A model generated the notes under the pieces. The model did not search any database and was not told the DNA's origin. It worked only from the letters and a program-made list of their open reading frames with translations. The position numbers were made by a program, and so were the translations under genes. From Sphagnum compactum (taxonomy: Eukaryota), in contig OZ234493.1 in NCBI GenBank assembly GCA_965153455.1, positions 13,444,213 through 13,508,212 of the forward strand: a DNA stretch of 64,000 bases, given 5' to 3'. Shown in pieces: positions 1-13,495 of this stretch (position 1 is the stretch's first letter; the number at the start of each line of letters is the position of its first letter).

Positions 1-3000
1 ATGCATGATTTCTAATATTATAATTGCCACTTTCTTTTTGTGAACTTCAGGTTGTAGTTGTTTGTTGTTTTCTTACTAAACTAGTTGCAAGTTGATGTCA
101 ACAAAAAATTGTTGTAAGATGTGCAAGTTTTCTTTAAGAATCATTTGCACATGACGAGCTACCATATTCCAACTTGCAACATTTTTCTATAAGTGTTTGA
201 ATTTTTTTGTATTAGATTTGCATTCTAATATGGTTTCAACCTTAGTAATTTTGTTTCTATGTCTCATCAAGAATGATTGATGGATGTGTTGGCAATTAGT
301 TGCAAGGATATAATTATAGTTGTGTTTCTCATGGGTCACATTGCATAATCATGTTTTGTTTATGCATGTCTCTTGAGGTAGGTGGATTGTTGATTCTCCA
401 CAAGAGAACAAGCCAAATTTCGCTACATGTCAAAGTAAAGAGGAGAAATTTATTGAAACCTTGCTATGTACTAATGAGTTGCAAGAACCTATAGTCTAAA
501 AATGACAACCTAAATCCTTTTTTTCTCCGAAATGTGGTGCAAAAATGGGGGATTTTCCCATAAAACCCTTTGTAGAAGTCACAAGCCCCTTTTTTTTTGG
601 GTCACCAATTGATGAGGTGAAAAAAAAGACATGGGGTTCAAGTCCTTACAAGGTGCTTAGACTTAGTAATCAGCACTTACATTTTAAAAAATTACTTATA
701 AAGACCACATGTTGCACAATTGCATAATAACATAATTGTATGTGGAACATCTAAAACCTGAACACTTCTACACATGTAGATTCTCACATTCCCTTGCCAC
801 TCATGCTACATATTTAGAGTAGTTATAAAAAGAAACAAGCCTCTAACCTTTAAACAAAGGCAATCAAGGAATTAAATGTTCCTGAGACTTTTGAATGTTC
901 CATTGACTTAACCCATTGCCCCACCATCATTCACCCATATGACAAATTCTTGAAATGTGGACCTCCCTCTAGTGCCAAACAATTTAACTAGGCTGACCCA
1001 TCATGGATATATTATGCCCTACAAAAACTTCATTAAACCTTCGTCTAAGCATCTAGGCTATCTTGTTTGTGGGAAGTCATTGTTATCACATGTCGATCTA
1101 ACATATGAAATCAAACATCACCCTTTTGGACAAGAGTACTTCTTCGAGTAAGGTAGAACTGTAACAACATCATTAAACATAACGACCACTACCACCACCA
1201 CCGTTTGTACTTACTTTGTTTTAGAGTAAACACAAAGTATGAAAGGAAAAAAAAAAAGGGGTGCCATTACATGTGTACCTAAACCGTGAAGTACACATTA
1301 TCACTTGCACATGGAACATGAACAACCCCAACTACAATCTCATTCAAAATGGGCTTATTATACCTATTGAGTAAACATTAAGACTGGTATATAACAAATA
1401 GCACTTGCGACCTCAAGTCTCATACTACTACTTAGTACTACTCAATGGCCATAGTCCAATGTACATGTTTTTTTGGGCAAACAAAATAAAACCACCTTTC
1501 TATATACTTATAATCCTTATTGGGTACTTAGTACTTACTACTATCAAACATAGTTTTTTTTTTAAAGTACTCATTTCTTTGTTGTTTGTGTAACCACAAA
1601 GATTTGAACAACTGCTACTACATAGGTACTAAGTACTAGTTACTACTTGTAACCCATTTTTTGTTGGTTGTTGAATCCAATTCTTGATGTCTAATCTCTT
1701 GAGAACCTAGAGTTTAGAAATGACCATTTTGTGTTCATCATAAATGCTGCAAGTTATGATTTTGAGAGTTCATAATGATGCATGATTGGTATGTGGTGTT
1801 GGGGTTAACGCCCAAGAAATTATACTCATAAGGGAACAACAACAACTTCTTCTCTAGGTACCTCTTGTATGTGAGTTTGTCAATGCATTGAATTGGATGG
1901 GGTCCTTTATTAGGTATACAAGAACTTCTTGGGGATTGTTCCATCACATTATATACCCTACATTCAACACATTATATGTTTTGGCATCCCTTGTAGGCTT
2001 CCCCTAAAGCAACCATGGTCCATAATAATGTCCTGATGGTGGCTAATGTGGGAAATTGCAGTGTGAACTCTCATGAACTTTATAGAGGATTTAGCCAAAT
2101 TTGGCCACAAGAAAGATAATGAAGTAGAAAAATTTCTGAATTTGTGCTATAAATTTGGCGACCTGCTAAACCCTATTTATTTGTCTAAATCTGGCAACTT
2201 CCATTACAATTGGCCTGCAGTTCTGGTGCAAATTTTACAAAACCCTAAAACCCATATCCAAGGTACCCATTAATCTACTTTTCCTATGTTATGTAACCCA
2301 CTTGCTTGTAAGTTGCCATTGAACAATTTTCATAGTCACTCTCAAAGATATATAAATTAACATAGTAGTAGTAGGAGATGGGTACATTGAAAACAACCTT
2401 GCCACACTTTGGAAGTAAGTTTCATGTCCAAAAGTGGAGGCTAACTACCCCCAATATATATGCTAAGGGAGTTTACTTCGAATATTATTATTCAAATGAT
2501 GTGGAAAAAAAAAAAGAAAAAAGAAGAAGGTGCAACTTAATGAAAAAGAGTAGAATTTATAATTCATTTCAATGTTAATAGGGTGCTAAGAAATGGAATA
2601 TGGTAATATACTTAAAATACATTTAAAATATTTTAATATAAAAAATTAATATTTAATTATTTCATAGCCTAAAAAAGTACCCATTTATTTCATATGCTTC
2701 ATAAAATCTATAAAGAATAACCTTCTCCTTGAGAATAGATGAAAATCATGGTTTTATAAATGATAACTCAGCAAGCAGGCGAACTTGTGTTGCAAGTGAT
2801 GAGCACTTGATGACAGGGTTGAAATTGGCCTGGATTCCAGCATCATGGGTTTCAGCAAAGGACATGTGGTTGGAGTTTTCAAATCCCCAAAACCAGCAAG
2901 AAAGAATTTGTATGAATGATGATGATGGGTAGTTTGGAACCATGATTTGTTGCCAGCCTCTTTGAAAGTTCAGGATGATTAGCTAGTTTTGAATTTAATG

Positions 3001-5839
3001 TATAACAAACTTCATGGTTACAGTACAATGGGAATTTCAAGCAAATATGTGATGAAGATGATGAAGCTACCTCATCAATTTTCATGGCATAAAACAGCAT
3101 TTATATGAATATATACAACTTTATTTTGTGATAATAATAATAATAATAATATTATTATTTTGCATTTGTGGGCAATTTGTTGGATTGTAGTGCAATTTGG
3201 GGAGACAAAGACTATGTTAATTGTAATTAAGAAATTAAGTTTACAACATATTCCATTTTTATACATAGATGATAAGAATCACCAGACCAGTGATAATTTT
3301 TTAGACCGTAAGTAACTCTTGTATGTTTGCCAATATAAGGCGGAGGTTTGGAAAAAAAAAAAAAAATCTACTTTTCTCAAAGCTTTGGCCAAATTTGGCT
3401 AAGTCAAGAAGTCCTCTAGTGAATGATCACCAGTTCACTTACCTCACAAAATTGAAAAAAAATTTATAAACAATAAAATAAAATCCAACTCTGGTTCATT
3501 GTTGCTCCCACAAAGTTTGTAGCACGTATATAACAATGTGTACAAAAACACTGACCACAACCCGTATATCTCAAATCTGTTCACTATTCTCGGAAATGCA
3601 CTAGTATAAACAATGGGTACCAAAATCTGACAACATTCTGTAGGTGACTTTTCTGTCTCATTATTATTGTCACAGACTGAGCATTAGACCACAATCCTGC
3701 TGCATTCATGCATGTTGTTGCATGAGCAAGAAAGCTTGCTCTTCGTCCCTACTACACATAGCATCTGTCATGCAACAACGTCTCTCTATTCTATTTATTT
3801 ATCTATCTATCGTATGATCCAGTTGCAAGAACTCGGGCTGAATACTAACATGAGTTTAGTGCATCATCATGTACCTCGTGTTAGAACTAGAACATGCTTT
3901 GTAAGAAGCCCTTTTTTTTGGGGGTGAATTTTCACCAAGTTTGGCAACCCAATAAAGAAAACCCAGTGCAACTCATTCACAAGATTTTTGTGAACAAAAG
4001 AAAGAGCCAAAGTTGCTAGATTTCAAGGAAATGTTTTCTGAAAAAATTGACATATTTAGACAATAGGTTCCATATATATACTCCTTCAAATTTTTCTGTG
4101 GTTTCGAAAGTTTAGTGAATCTTTCCAAAATTTGGAAATTTTCTTCAATTTGAAAAGTAATTTCATTTCATTGTTTGTCATCACAGTGCAAATGTTTTGG
4201 CCAAAACCAAAAATTATTGGTTCCAAGAGGTCACAAGTATATAGCAAGATTCTCACATTTTGTTTTCACCTTCCTATCTGACCTGTAGCCAAATTTGGCT
4301 AATTCTTCTTGTGGATGATTGCCCGGGTGACTACATCACAAAATTGGAAGGAAAAAAAAAAAAAAAAAAAACCTGCCTGTAAAAGTAGCATTAAAACTGA
4401 ATTTTTGTGTCTGAATTCAGATGGGTGGGTGAAGCTTTAACTTGAATTTAGTGGTTGCTTATTTGTGTCATGATCTGAACATTTTGTGTTTGTAATGTGT
4501 CAGGCCCACAAGCGTCAGTCAGTCAGTCAGGAAGGTCCAAAGAAATGGCCTACCAAAACAACCATTCAAACCAAACTTTCAATAAGTGCAGATTTAAGCT
4601 GCTAAGCTACCGTGCAAACGGCAGTTTTCAGTACAATCTGCAAAGTAGGAATTGCAGAAGCCACCAGCAGTTAAGTAAAGCGGATTCCTACACTACACTT
4701 AAAACACTTAAGCATTCTTAAGTGCCATACATATATTTCAGTCAGCTCCAGCTGCATGATCTCTCTTGGTCTTGCCAACAAGCACAGACCAATGTGATGG
4801 TTCAGATGATCCGTCCTTTCAGATCTTAAGTGTACCCAAATTGGGAAAGTTTTGCAAGGTGAACTCAAGGACACAAACATTTTTCACAATTAAATTTTTT
4901 GTTTCCTTTTTTATCAGAATCAGATCTTAATTCTGATTCCAAAAAAATTCATGAAATTGCCAACCTCCAAAATAATTTGCAAGAATTTATATGTTAATTC
5001 CCATTCAAAAAATTCCATGCAAGTGAAGAATCCCCAAAAGAAATTTGTTGGGATTATATCTTAATTCTGATTCAAAAAATACAGGCTCGCAATTCGCCAT
5101 ATTGGGAATATGAAAAAGGCGCCATCACCCTTACAGGACTTACAGTTTATTAGCATGCATGCATTCCCATGCAACAATTTCACACACTGAACAAAGAGAT
5201 GTAAGTAAAGCTACCTGACTTCTTTATGCAAATTTCTCTGTACATGGCTAATTATGAAGGGTAGGCTATATGCAGATCATCATGTATTTTGTGCTTTTTT
5301 TGTGTGTGCGGGGATGGACTTCTTTCTCGAGCGTGGAACAAGTCATCATAAGAATGGTGTGTGGACCCAACCAAGTACCCATCACAACAAATCATCATGC
5401 TTATGATACGTGCGGTGATATAGTAATCCTCCGTCCCACTTACAACCCAGTTTGAGAAATCAAGTGTGGCAGCCTAGTTCATCATGTAATACAAAAGTTT
5501 GTTTGATGACCTGGGTGAACAGTTTTTGGGGGGAGAAAGAAAGTGGCTCACCACCAGCTATTACCCACCGTTCATAATCTGTCAGCGATTTCAAAGTCAG
5601 TATTATCGAGTGTAGTTAAACCCTAGTAGTTGTTTGTATGGTTTTGGCTGCAACCCGAGACCTTTTTTGCAAGGGTTCTTCAAAACCCATGATTAGCATG
5701 CTCAAGAGTCAAGAGCCCATTGAATTCTTTGAAGAGATAAAATGATGATGCTGGTAAAGAAAGTCTTTATTATATAATATCCTTTTCTATTGGCTTCGAA
5801 GTTCTTCTGACTACTAATATTTATAAAAAAAAAGTCTTA

Positions 5840-6182
5840 GAGCAACTCCACCCGTGCTCAGTATGTCACCCTACAAACTAAAATATGAAGAAAAGTCAAA
5901 ACATGCCAGTTTGGCTCAACAATTGGGTTTTGGCCCAGCATTCTTGAACACATTTGGCTGAGGCCGGTGAAGTAAGTGCACATCAAAGTTGAACACCTGT
6001 TGTTGATTGGCTAGATAGTTTGATTGATCGAGGTGGGTTGGAAAATTTGTAGTCTCCCCACCAGTTTGCAGTCCCAGTTTTAGTTTTATGGGTGGGGTTG
6101 GGAAGAAAAGTAAATAACTAAACTTGGATGTGAGAAATATTTTGCAAGGTCGCATACTGAAGCACCACCGCTGGAGAAACTC
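5840..6182. mobile_element. Tourist/PIF-Harbinger-like MITE, copy 1
   Basis: Imperfect TIRs GAGCAACTCCACCCGTGCTCAGTATG ... CATACTGAAGCACCACCGCTGGAGAAACTC, flanked by TTA on both sides (5837-39, 6183-85). Internal sequence is shared with copies at 20498 and 41605. Confidence 0.85.
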
Positions 6183-9100
6183 TTATACCAATAGATTGAT
6201 CTCTATAGGATCTTCTCACTTTTTAATGTCAAAACATGTGTGCATGGCATGTGTGCATGGGAGGTTTTATGTTCTATCCTTTTTTGGTGTAGAAGACGAA
6301 TTTATGGGTATATTTTGAATAATAATGCCAAATTTAATGTGCCTAGTATATTGCAAGGATTGGGAAGACCCAAATTTTAGGCATCTAGGTAACTAGCCTA
6401 GTACCACCAGTTCATCAAACCCATGTTTGGCAACTACTTGTCTGATAGAATGTGGCAATGGAAGGAGAATGCCAGACCAGAGGTATAATTCTTGGGGGAA
6501 GTGCCATGCATCTTCTTGGATATGTGTTTCTGGCCCTATGGATTTACATCAGGATTGCTGGATACACACTTGTTGTTGGAGGATGCATACAAGATCAAAG
6601 CTACTTACTACTCATCAAAGATGAAAAAAATTCATTTGCAATTCCTTGCCCCCTCCTCCCTGTATGTAGTAGTTAGTACCTATATGATTGTCAGTGACAA
6701 ATAGCATGGCATTTTGGGGTGTTGTTCAGTGTACTTGGTTGATAGCAAATTGGTGGACCTTGAATAAAGCATGAGGAATCAAACCCCGGGTGAGTACAAA
6801 GATCCAACTTGATATTTGATTTTCACCTATTAAACCATTAACATTTATAACACCCATGATGTTTTTTGGTGCCTTCCATTGTCTTCCAAAAAAGTTTGGG
6901 TTCTTTCAATGTTTTTTTTTCTATCATACTTCTCCTATGTATTTCTTGGTGCCCTTATTATTGTCTTCCAACTTAATGCCCTTTGGTGCTTTTAGTATGC
7001 TTTTTTTTTTGGACAGCCTTGTTAAATTGTTTATTACCATTTTTGTCTTATTATCGTTTGTCATCTTCTGTTATCCTTGGTGTTGTTTGAGAATAATTTT
7101 TGTTGTTCTTGAAGTTTAGTTTATCCTTGAACCAAAACATGCCACTAATTTGATTTTTGATGTTTTCATATTTGATTTAATAATTAAAATATGATTTGTT
7201 TTATTTTATTCTAATATCTTTAATTTTTATTCAGATTATTACTAAATTTAAATTATTTTTTAAAATAATGTAGCTTTCAAATTATTATTATAACATAATT
7301 TCATATTATTTTATTTGTAATTTTTATTTTCAATACAAACCAAAAATTAATCTCATTTTAAATTTAGTGTTACCATTTCTTGGAGTTATGGACACTATGA
7401 AAATTAATCAATATTAGATCCATTAAGGGATATATGGATATAAAGTGTGGTTTAATGGTTTAAAATACACCAAGACTGATTTTTTGGTGTCAAACTTCAC
7501 ATTGTTGCCAATTGTTTTTAGGAAAGGAAATATTTCATTGCAAGATTCCTTTTTTTTGAAAAAAAATCATCAAAAGAATAGTTATTTTGAGTTAATGCAA
7601 CTAATTTTTTTATTATTGGTAACTATAGGTAACCAAACTATAAAAAGGTTTTTTCTTTGGGCAAGTTCTAGAAAGTGGTTATTAAATATTGCTACATTAT
7701 TCAAATTTTAAAAAGCTATTTTATTAATCTCAATTTCCACCCAATTTTCAAACAATTTGAATTGTTCACAGATTAGATTTTTCTCCCCCCATTTGTTATC
7801 TTCTTTCCTTTCCTTTTTTCTTCTTGTAAATTTTTAATGGCAATAAGTCATTCTTCTTCTTATGTTATTAATTCAAATAACAACACACATTTAAAAAAAG
7901 TTGCAACCAATTCAACATATTGATTAGATGTGGAAAACATGCATGATTTAATATATTCATAATATTTTCAAGGTTTTTAAAATACATTTGATTAATCTAG
8001 TAAAACTGAAGCTTCAACAAATATTTATAAAATAATTAATGAATTTTGAATATTTCATGTCAAGAATAAAATATTCTTGAATATTTCAAAAGATTATATA
8101 TTTCCCTTCACACATTTTTGTTATAAGAAAAAGTAAATTTGAAAACGTTTATAGATAATATAGTTAGTGTCAAAGATGCTAAGGTATTAGGTTAATAAAT
8201 AAAATGTAAATATAAAAATGACATCGGTTTACAATAAATTATGCAATAAATAAAATGGATTATTTTCTTCTAATAGGTCATATTAGCATAAGGGACAAGG
8301 ATCACCAAATGAGTTTAAAAAGACATACAAACCATATCATTTTATCAAATTTTGTTTGTTCTACGACAACATTTTCATTTTCTATCCTTTTTTACAATGT
8401 CAATAACAATTTTAAGGGTTTCCATAAGTTGCAAGAATATTTTAAATCCATATAATAAGAAATCAATAATTTTTATATTGTAAGTTTATTTGTAGTTATC
8501 ATCAAGCAATGACATTTGTAATGAAAACAATGTTGGTCATTTGCCCATATAATTAATAATGTTTCAAATTGAATTTTTAACAAATCCCCAAAAAAAACTA
8601 ATGAAAAGACCACAAATTTAATCCATCATCAATACATAGAAGGATCATTTTTATTCATTAAAGGATTCTTGCATAGGTTTAAGTTTTATATATTTATTGT
8701 AGGAAGTTTTGGATTGTGAAACATGCCATTATCCCAATAGATTGTTAATAATGATTGATTTTGTCACAAGGCATGCACAAAGTTATTTTAGTTTATCTAT
8801 TCATATTATGTATGCAATCTTGTAACAAAAATCAAATAACATTTTGCATGTATAATGTTTTGTAAACACTCACAAATCCTTATTCAATTTTGTTCAAAAT
8901 TGATGTCAATTGTGGATTTTAAAGATAATATTATTTTGTAAGTTTGCTTCTTTAGTCATTATTTAATCACTTTTCTTCTATATTAAATTGTATCTTCAAG
9001 TTGTTTTATCCTTTGCTTTATTTTTAAAAAAAATTGACAAGTATGTAGGTTTTAACTGTTTAGGTTTTTTTTTTCCCTCTTTTAAAATATAAATATTTAT

Positions 9101-10205
9101 GACATTTAAAATATGTTTGTAAAGGTATAAATGGTTTGTTATCATATGTCTTGTGCTATATAGTCATGATGTGATGTAAATATCTTAATAAAAATAAATA
9201 TCAATTTTTTTTAAACCAAAAATGAAAATGCATAAGAAGAACATTGAAAGAATATTACATTAATTTATTTATTTTTGGTTCATTAAATCTTTCAATCATT
9301 TTTTTCACACATATTGAGGTGAACATTAGTTGCTATGTAACACTTTAAATGACTACAAACCACAATGAAGAAGAAGAGGAAGGATGTAAAGGTGCATGCC
9401 CAAACATAACTAGTTGTGTTGCACATACGTAAAAACTTGAAATCAAATATGCATGTCTATTATTTTAAGGCAATAATAAATTGTTATAACATAAAAGGCA
9501 ACAACAATACGAACAAATTAATCAATTAAAAGAATTTCATTATGATTTTTCTTATTAAGTTTTCATAAAAACATTAATGAAGTTTTTAAAATAACGTCAA
9601 ATTAATTTTAAATTTTTATATTTCATAAACGAGTTTTATATTAAAATTTTAACTTATTTTTAAATTGATGTGTTTTATTTTAATCAAAATTTTCGTAATT
9701 TTTCAAGAATCTCATTTTAATAAGATTTAAAGGAATTGAAGCTACTTATTTGTATGTTTATCAAACAAATTTTATTTTAAAAATTAGTCATATGAATTTT
9801 TTTTACATTTCATAGTGATATGAAACCTTGTGATACAAAAAGGCAAGTGGCAACCCAAAAAATAAAAATGATATAAAGGCATGATTAAATAAGTTATCCA
9901 ACATTCATATTTTGAAAAAAAAACCCAACAAGTAGATGGGTAGACTTCAAAACAACCCATCAATTGGATGGGTGCACCCAAAATCTACACATGCCCGTCC
10001 ATTAGCTTGGGGCATAACAAACTCAAGACAAAAAATGTTCCATAAAAAGTCACAATCTATGTGAGAAAAACACAATTCTAAACAATTTTAATATTTTATT
10101 TCTATGGTCAACCTTCATTCTTGTTTTATGTTCAACACATTACCAAATTCATACAATTATGATTTATGAAACAAAAAGAAAAGATTGAATATTGTGCATT
10201 GTATC

Positions 10206-10337
10206 GAGATGACTCCATCATGGTTGTTTTCATATATTAAATGCAAAAGCATCTCTTCAGTTGCACCTTTTGCATTGACATATGCTCCTTTGTTAAAAAT
10301 CTTTTGAATAATGTCGACATATTCATATGAAATGTAA
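10206..10337 (-). pseudogene. Degenerate ankyrin-repeat gene fragment
   Basis: Minus-strand translation YEYVDIIQKIFNKGAYVNAKGATEEMLLHLIYENNHDGVIS resembles the ankyrin consensus (..dIv.lLl..GAdvNak...g.tpLHlA..ngh..vv). It is preceded by an acceptor-like ttgtttag. No complete gene is visible. Confidence 0.5.
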
Positions 10338-10963
10338 CTAAACAACACATTATGCATAACATATGTTATGTAATAATTTTTCTTTGTTTGCACCAAAACA
10401 AAGATTTAAATTTTTATTTTTTTTTCCAAATGTCTTAAAATGCAAGACACTAATTCATTCCTATATGAAGTTAAAGACATGAAAAAACATTAAAGTTATT
10501 ATTTTTTAAAAACATTGTTCCATTCCATTCCATTCCATTCCATTCGACAAAAATGTCAAATGGTCAATGTCCAACATGGTTGTAATGACGAGCACTTATG
10601 AACCCTATTTGTAGTTCACATAAACCAGTTTCAATTATCGTTGTCAATAGAATTTACAACAAGTCACATACCAAGTCATATGGAGCAACTCAAACTTTTA
10701 AAAGTAATTTATACATGTGTAAATGGACAAGTATCATAGATAAATAGGTAAAGGAATGTAAGTGATTACTATGTAAGTAGGTAGGTAAGTAGGGGAGGCA
10801 CTCGGTGGCTACTAGGTAGGTAGATAGATGCACGTTGATTGGATAGTACATAAGTTAACTAACCACAGTGGTTAGCTATTGAACAGAATACAATAGAAGA
10901 ATTATGTATGGGTTTCAAAGAGTTTGTGGAAGACAAAAGGGGATCTAACTAGGGTTACGTTAA

Positions 10964-11221
10964 CCCTAGTTAGATCCCCTTTTGTCTTCTACAAAACCCC
11001 CAAGAAGAGATCATTTGATCAAATGGGTAAACCCTCAAAAAGCTAACTAACTCAAGGGGGTTCTTGTGGGCCACTGAAACAAACAATGCAGCCAGGTCTG
11101 GAAGGAACTAACTCTGGTTGGCTTGGTGCAGAAAAAAGCTGCAAAGACTCTCTCTCAACATCACTAGGTAGGCTTAATGAACCTCTTGTCATGTAGAAGA
11201 CAAAAGGGGATCTAACTAGGG
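10964..11221. mobile_element. 258-bp non-autonomous element with perfect 30-bp inverted repeats flanked by TTAA
   Basis: CCCTAGTTAGATCCCCTTTTGTCTTCTACA at 10964-10993 and its exact reverse complement at 11192-11221. TTAA at 10960-63 and 11222-25. A third IR copy lies at 10925-10954. Confidence 0.6.
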
Positions 11222-12100
11222 TTAAGTTGACCAGATTCCAAAGTACATTTGGTAAGTTAGGTAGTATATAATAATAATTAAATTAGGTAGTACTATTATT
11301 ATTATTATTATTATTATATGGTTCTCAATCTAAAAGCTCCCATAAATGGAGTTAGTTCAGAGGGTTTTTTTTTAAAGGCAAAAACTTCCCACCTTGACAC
11401 TGATTTTATTTTATTTTTTGGGAAAATGGCTATACAAATTAGAAGTTTTTTTTTTTGGGGATTTTGAGTTGCTGCCAGATTCAGAGATTTTCTTAAAAAC
11501 TTGCCAGATTTTTTGGATTAAGTCACATAAGGTAGCAAACAATATAGAGGAGTGGTTTTTAAAATTTTTAAAATTTTAAAAATAATAATAATAATTTTTT
11601 TGGGCCATTTTGTTGGTAGCCAGAAATTTTCACCAATCCACTTAATTGACAAAATTGAATTGGGAAAAGAAAAACATGTGGTAGGTAGGTAATCATGTGA
11701 ACCTCTTCCCCATGTAATTAAACCCTAAACCCATGTACCTAACCACTGTTAATTAGAAGGTCAAAACAACAACAACAACAACAGAAGAAGAGGACTTTGT
11801 ATTAATTAATTAATTAATGAGGCTTGTCACTTCTTCTAATCTAATCACAACATGGCCAACAACTTCCTCCAACTAATTGGTGGTGTTTGGAACAAAAGCT
11901 TCAAAACATGGTTTGATTAGGGCTAGGTAGCATGTCTTATGACAAGTTACATGAGATTTCAGAATTCAAAAAACAAAAGGCCTAGGAACTAATAGTAGTA
12001 GGTAGGCCCATGCAGAGGTGGGTGGTTATGGTGGTGTGCCAATTGTGCATGGTTGTGAACAATTTGCAGTATGAATTGATTTTTTAAAGTCCTTTAAAGC

Positions 12101-12127
12101 TGATGATGATGATGATGATGATGATGA
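12101..12127. repeat. (TGA/ATG)n microsatellite
   Basis: Direct reading of the tgatgatga... run. Confidence 0.9.
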
Positions 12128-12528
12128 GTTGATTTTTAGTATTTATAAAAACCCATTTTTAAATAAATATATATATTCAAAATTATTTTTTAACCATTTG
12201 ATTTTTTCATTGGTTTTTTTTTTTTTTTTTTTTTGGGTAGTAATGTACTTTGTACAGATTGAAATCCTGACATGATTTGTTGCATCCTTTTTCCAACTAT
12301 GGGAGAGAGAGAGAGAGAGAGAGAGAGTGGGAGTTTTTTCTGTCTCATTTTGGGCCTCCAGACTCCAGAGTCCACACATGGGAAAGAAAGATGTTCATTG
12401 CTAACTGACAATTTGCAACAGGTTACATTTTCATGTCTCTCTCTCCTGTGCTGCTTTTTTCTGTTTTCATTCATTAACAAGGGTGTGTGTGTGACACTAA
12501 CTCTGGCCTTGCCATTTACATTTTAAAA

Positions 12529-12835
12529 GTATCCTTAAGGCCAAAAGAAGAAGAAGAAGAACAATTATGGAAACTCATGCAAAATTATTTCACCATGCAA
12601 AAATATGATCGTTAAAAAAAAAAAATCCTCTAAAAGAAACCCAAATCCTTCAAGATAATTATAACTCTATAATAACTAATCTCAAGTTTTAAACACAAGC
12701 CAAAATATCATGTTTCAAAAATCCCATATAAAAATAGATCTATTTGCCCATGGGACAAAATCCCTTGAAGCTACTATTCTCTATAATGAATCAAAAACAC
12801 AATATCCTTGCCTACCAGGGCAATCAAAAATCAGT
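12529..12835 (+). repeat. Dispersed ~300-bp repeat, copy 1
   Basis: Collinear similarity to 33801-34075 (tttcaccatgcaaaaatat; actaatctcaagttt; acacaagccaaaatatcat; caaaatccctt; acacaatatccttgcct). A partial copy lies at ~32756-32840. Confidence 0.85.
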
Positions 12836-12923
12836 AAAGGGCCTAAAATTCTCCATCCCTATCCTAAAACCTCACCTCTCCTCCCTCAGTAAGCAAAACA
12901 AATGGCAACTTATATTGAGTGGA

Positions 12924-13107
12924 ATTTTGAAGACTCTATGGCAACTAAGAAGTCCAAGAGACTCGATTGTTCAAGCCTTATTTCTATTTTGTACAATAAA
13001 TGGCAATTTTGATTGAGTGAAGTGTGGTATTTTGAAGACTCTATGGCAACTAAGAAGTCCAAGAGACTCGATTGTTCAAGCCTTATTATTTCTATTTGTA
13101 CAATAAA
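12924..13107 (+). repeat. Direct duplication of ~78 bp, period ~105 bp
   Basis: attttgaagactctatggcaactaagaagtccaagagactcgattgttcaagccttatt...gtacaataaa at ~12924 and ~13029. Confidence 0.9.
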
Positions 13108-13289
13108 AACCTTGTTGAGATGAAGATTTCACGTTTGTATGTGAAGTGTAATGCATTTTTCACCATAATTTATTTGCCACATTTAAATCCTTTCATGGAC
13201 TCCTCCTCCTCCTCCTACATCGTTTACACTTTCTTTACACATCAATTTGGCTCTCATTTGACAATTCAATATCATAGGAATTACCTTCG

Positions 13290-13495
13290 TCATGAGGTTC
13301 AAGCGGTTTTGTTCAATAGCCGCATAAGCATCCACAATGTATTGATGCCTCAATCGGTCACCCCGAAGCAACACAATGCCATCAGAGTCTCGATGTTGAA
13401 GTTGATAACCATAAAATTCGGCCATTGTCACATTGCAATGTTTTCTTTGAAGCTCAGATTCTTCCGTATGGTCTTCATCCCTCGATGCTCATAGG
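13290..13495 (-). mobile_element. Helitron Rep/helicase fragment (Helitron_like_N region), internally deleted
   Basis: Minus-strand peptide MTMAEFYGYQLQHRDSDGIVLLRGDRLRHQYIVDAYAAIEQNRLN matches the Helitron motif E(F/Y)YxYxLQxR...LLRGGRLFQQYIVDAYxxIEQxRL. Confidence 0.8.
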
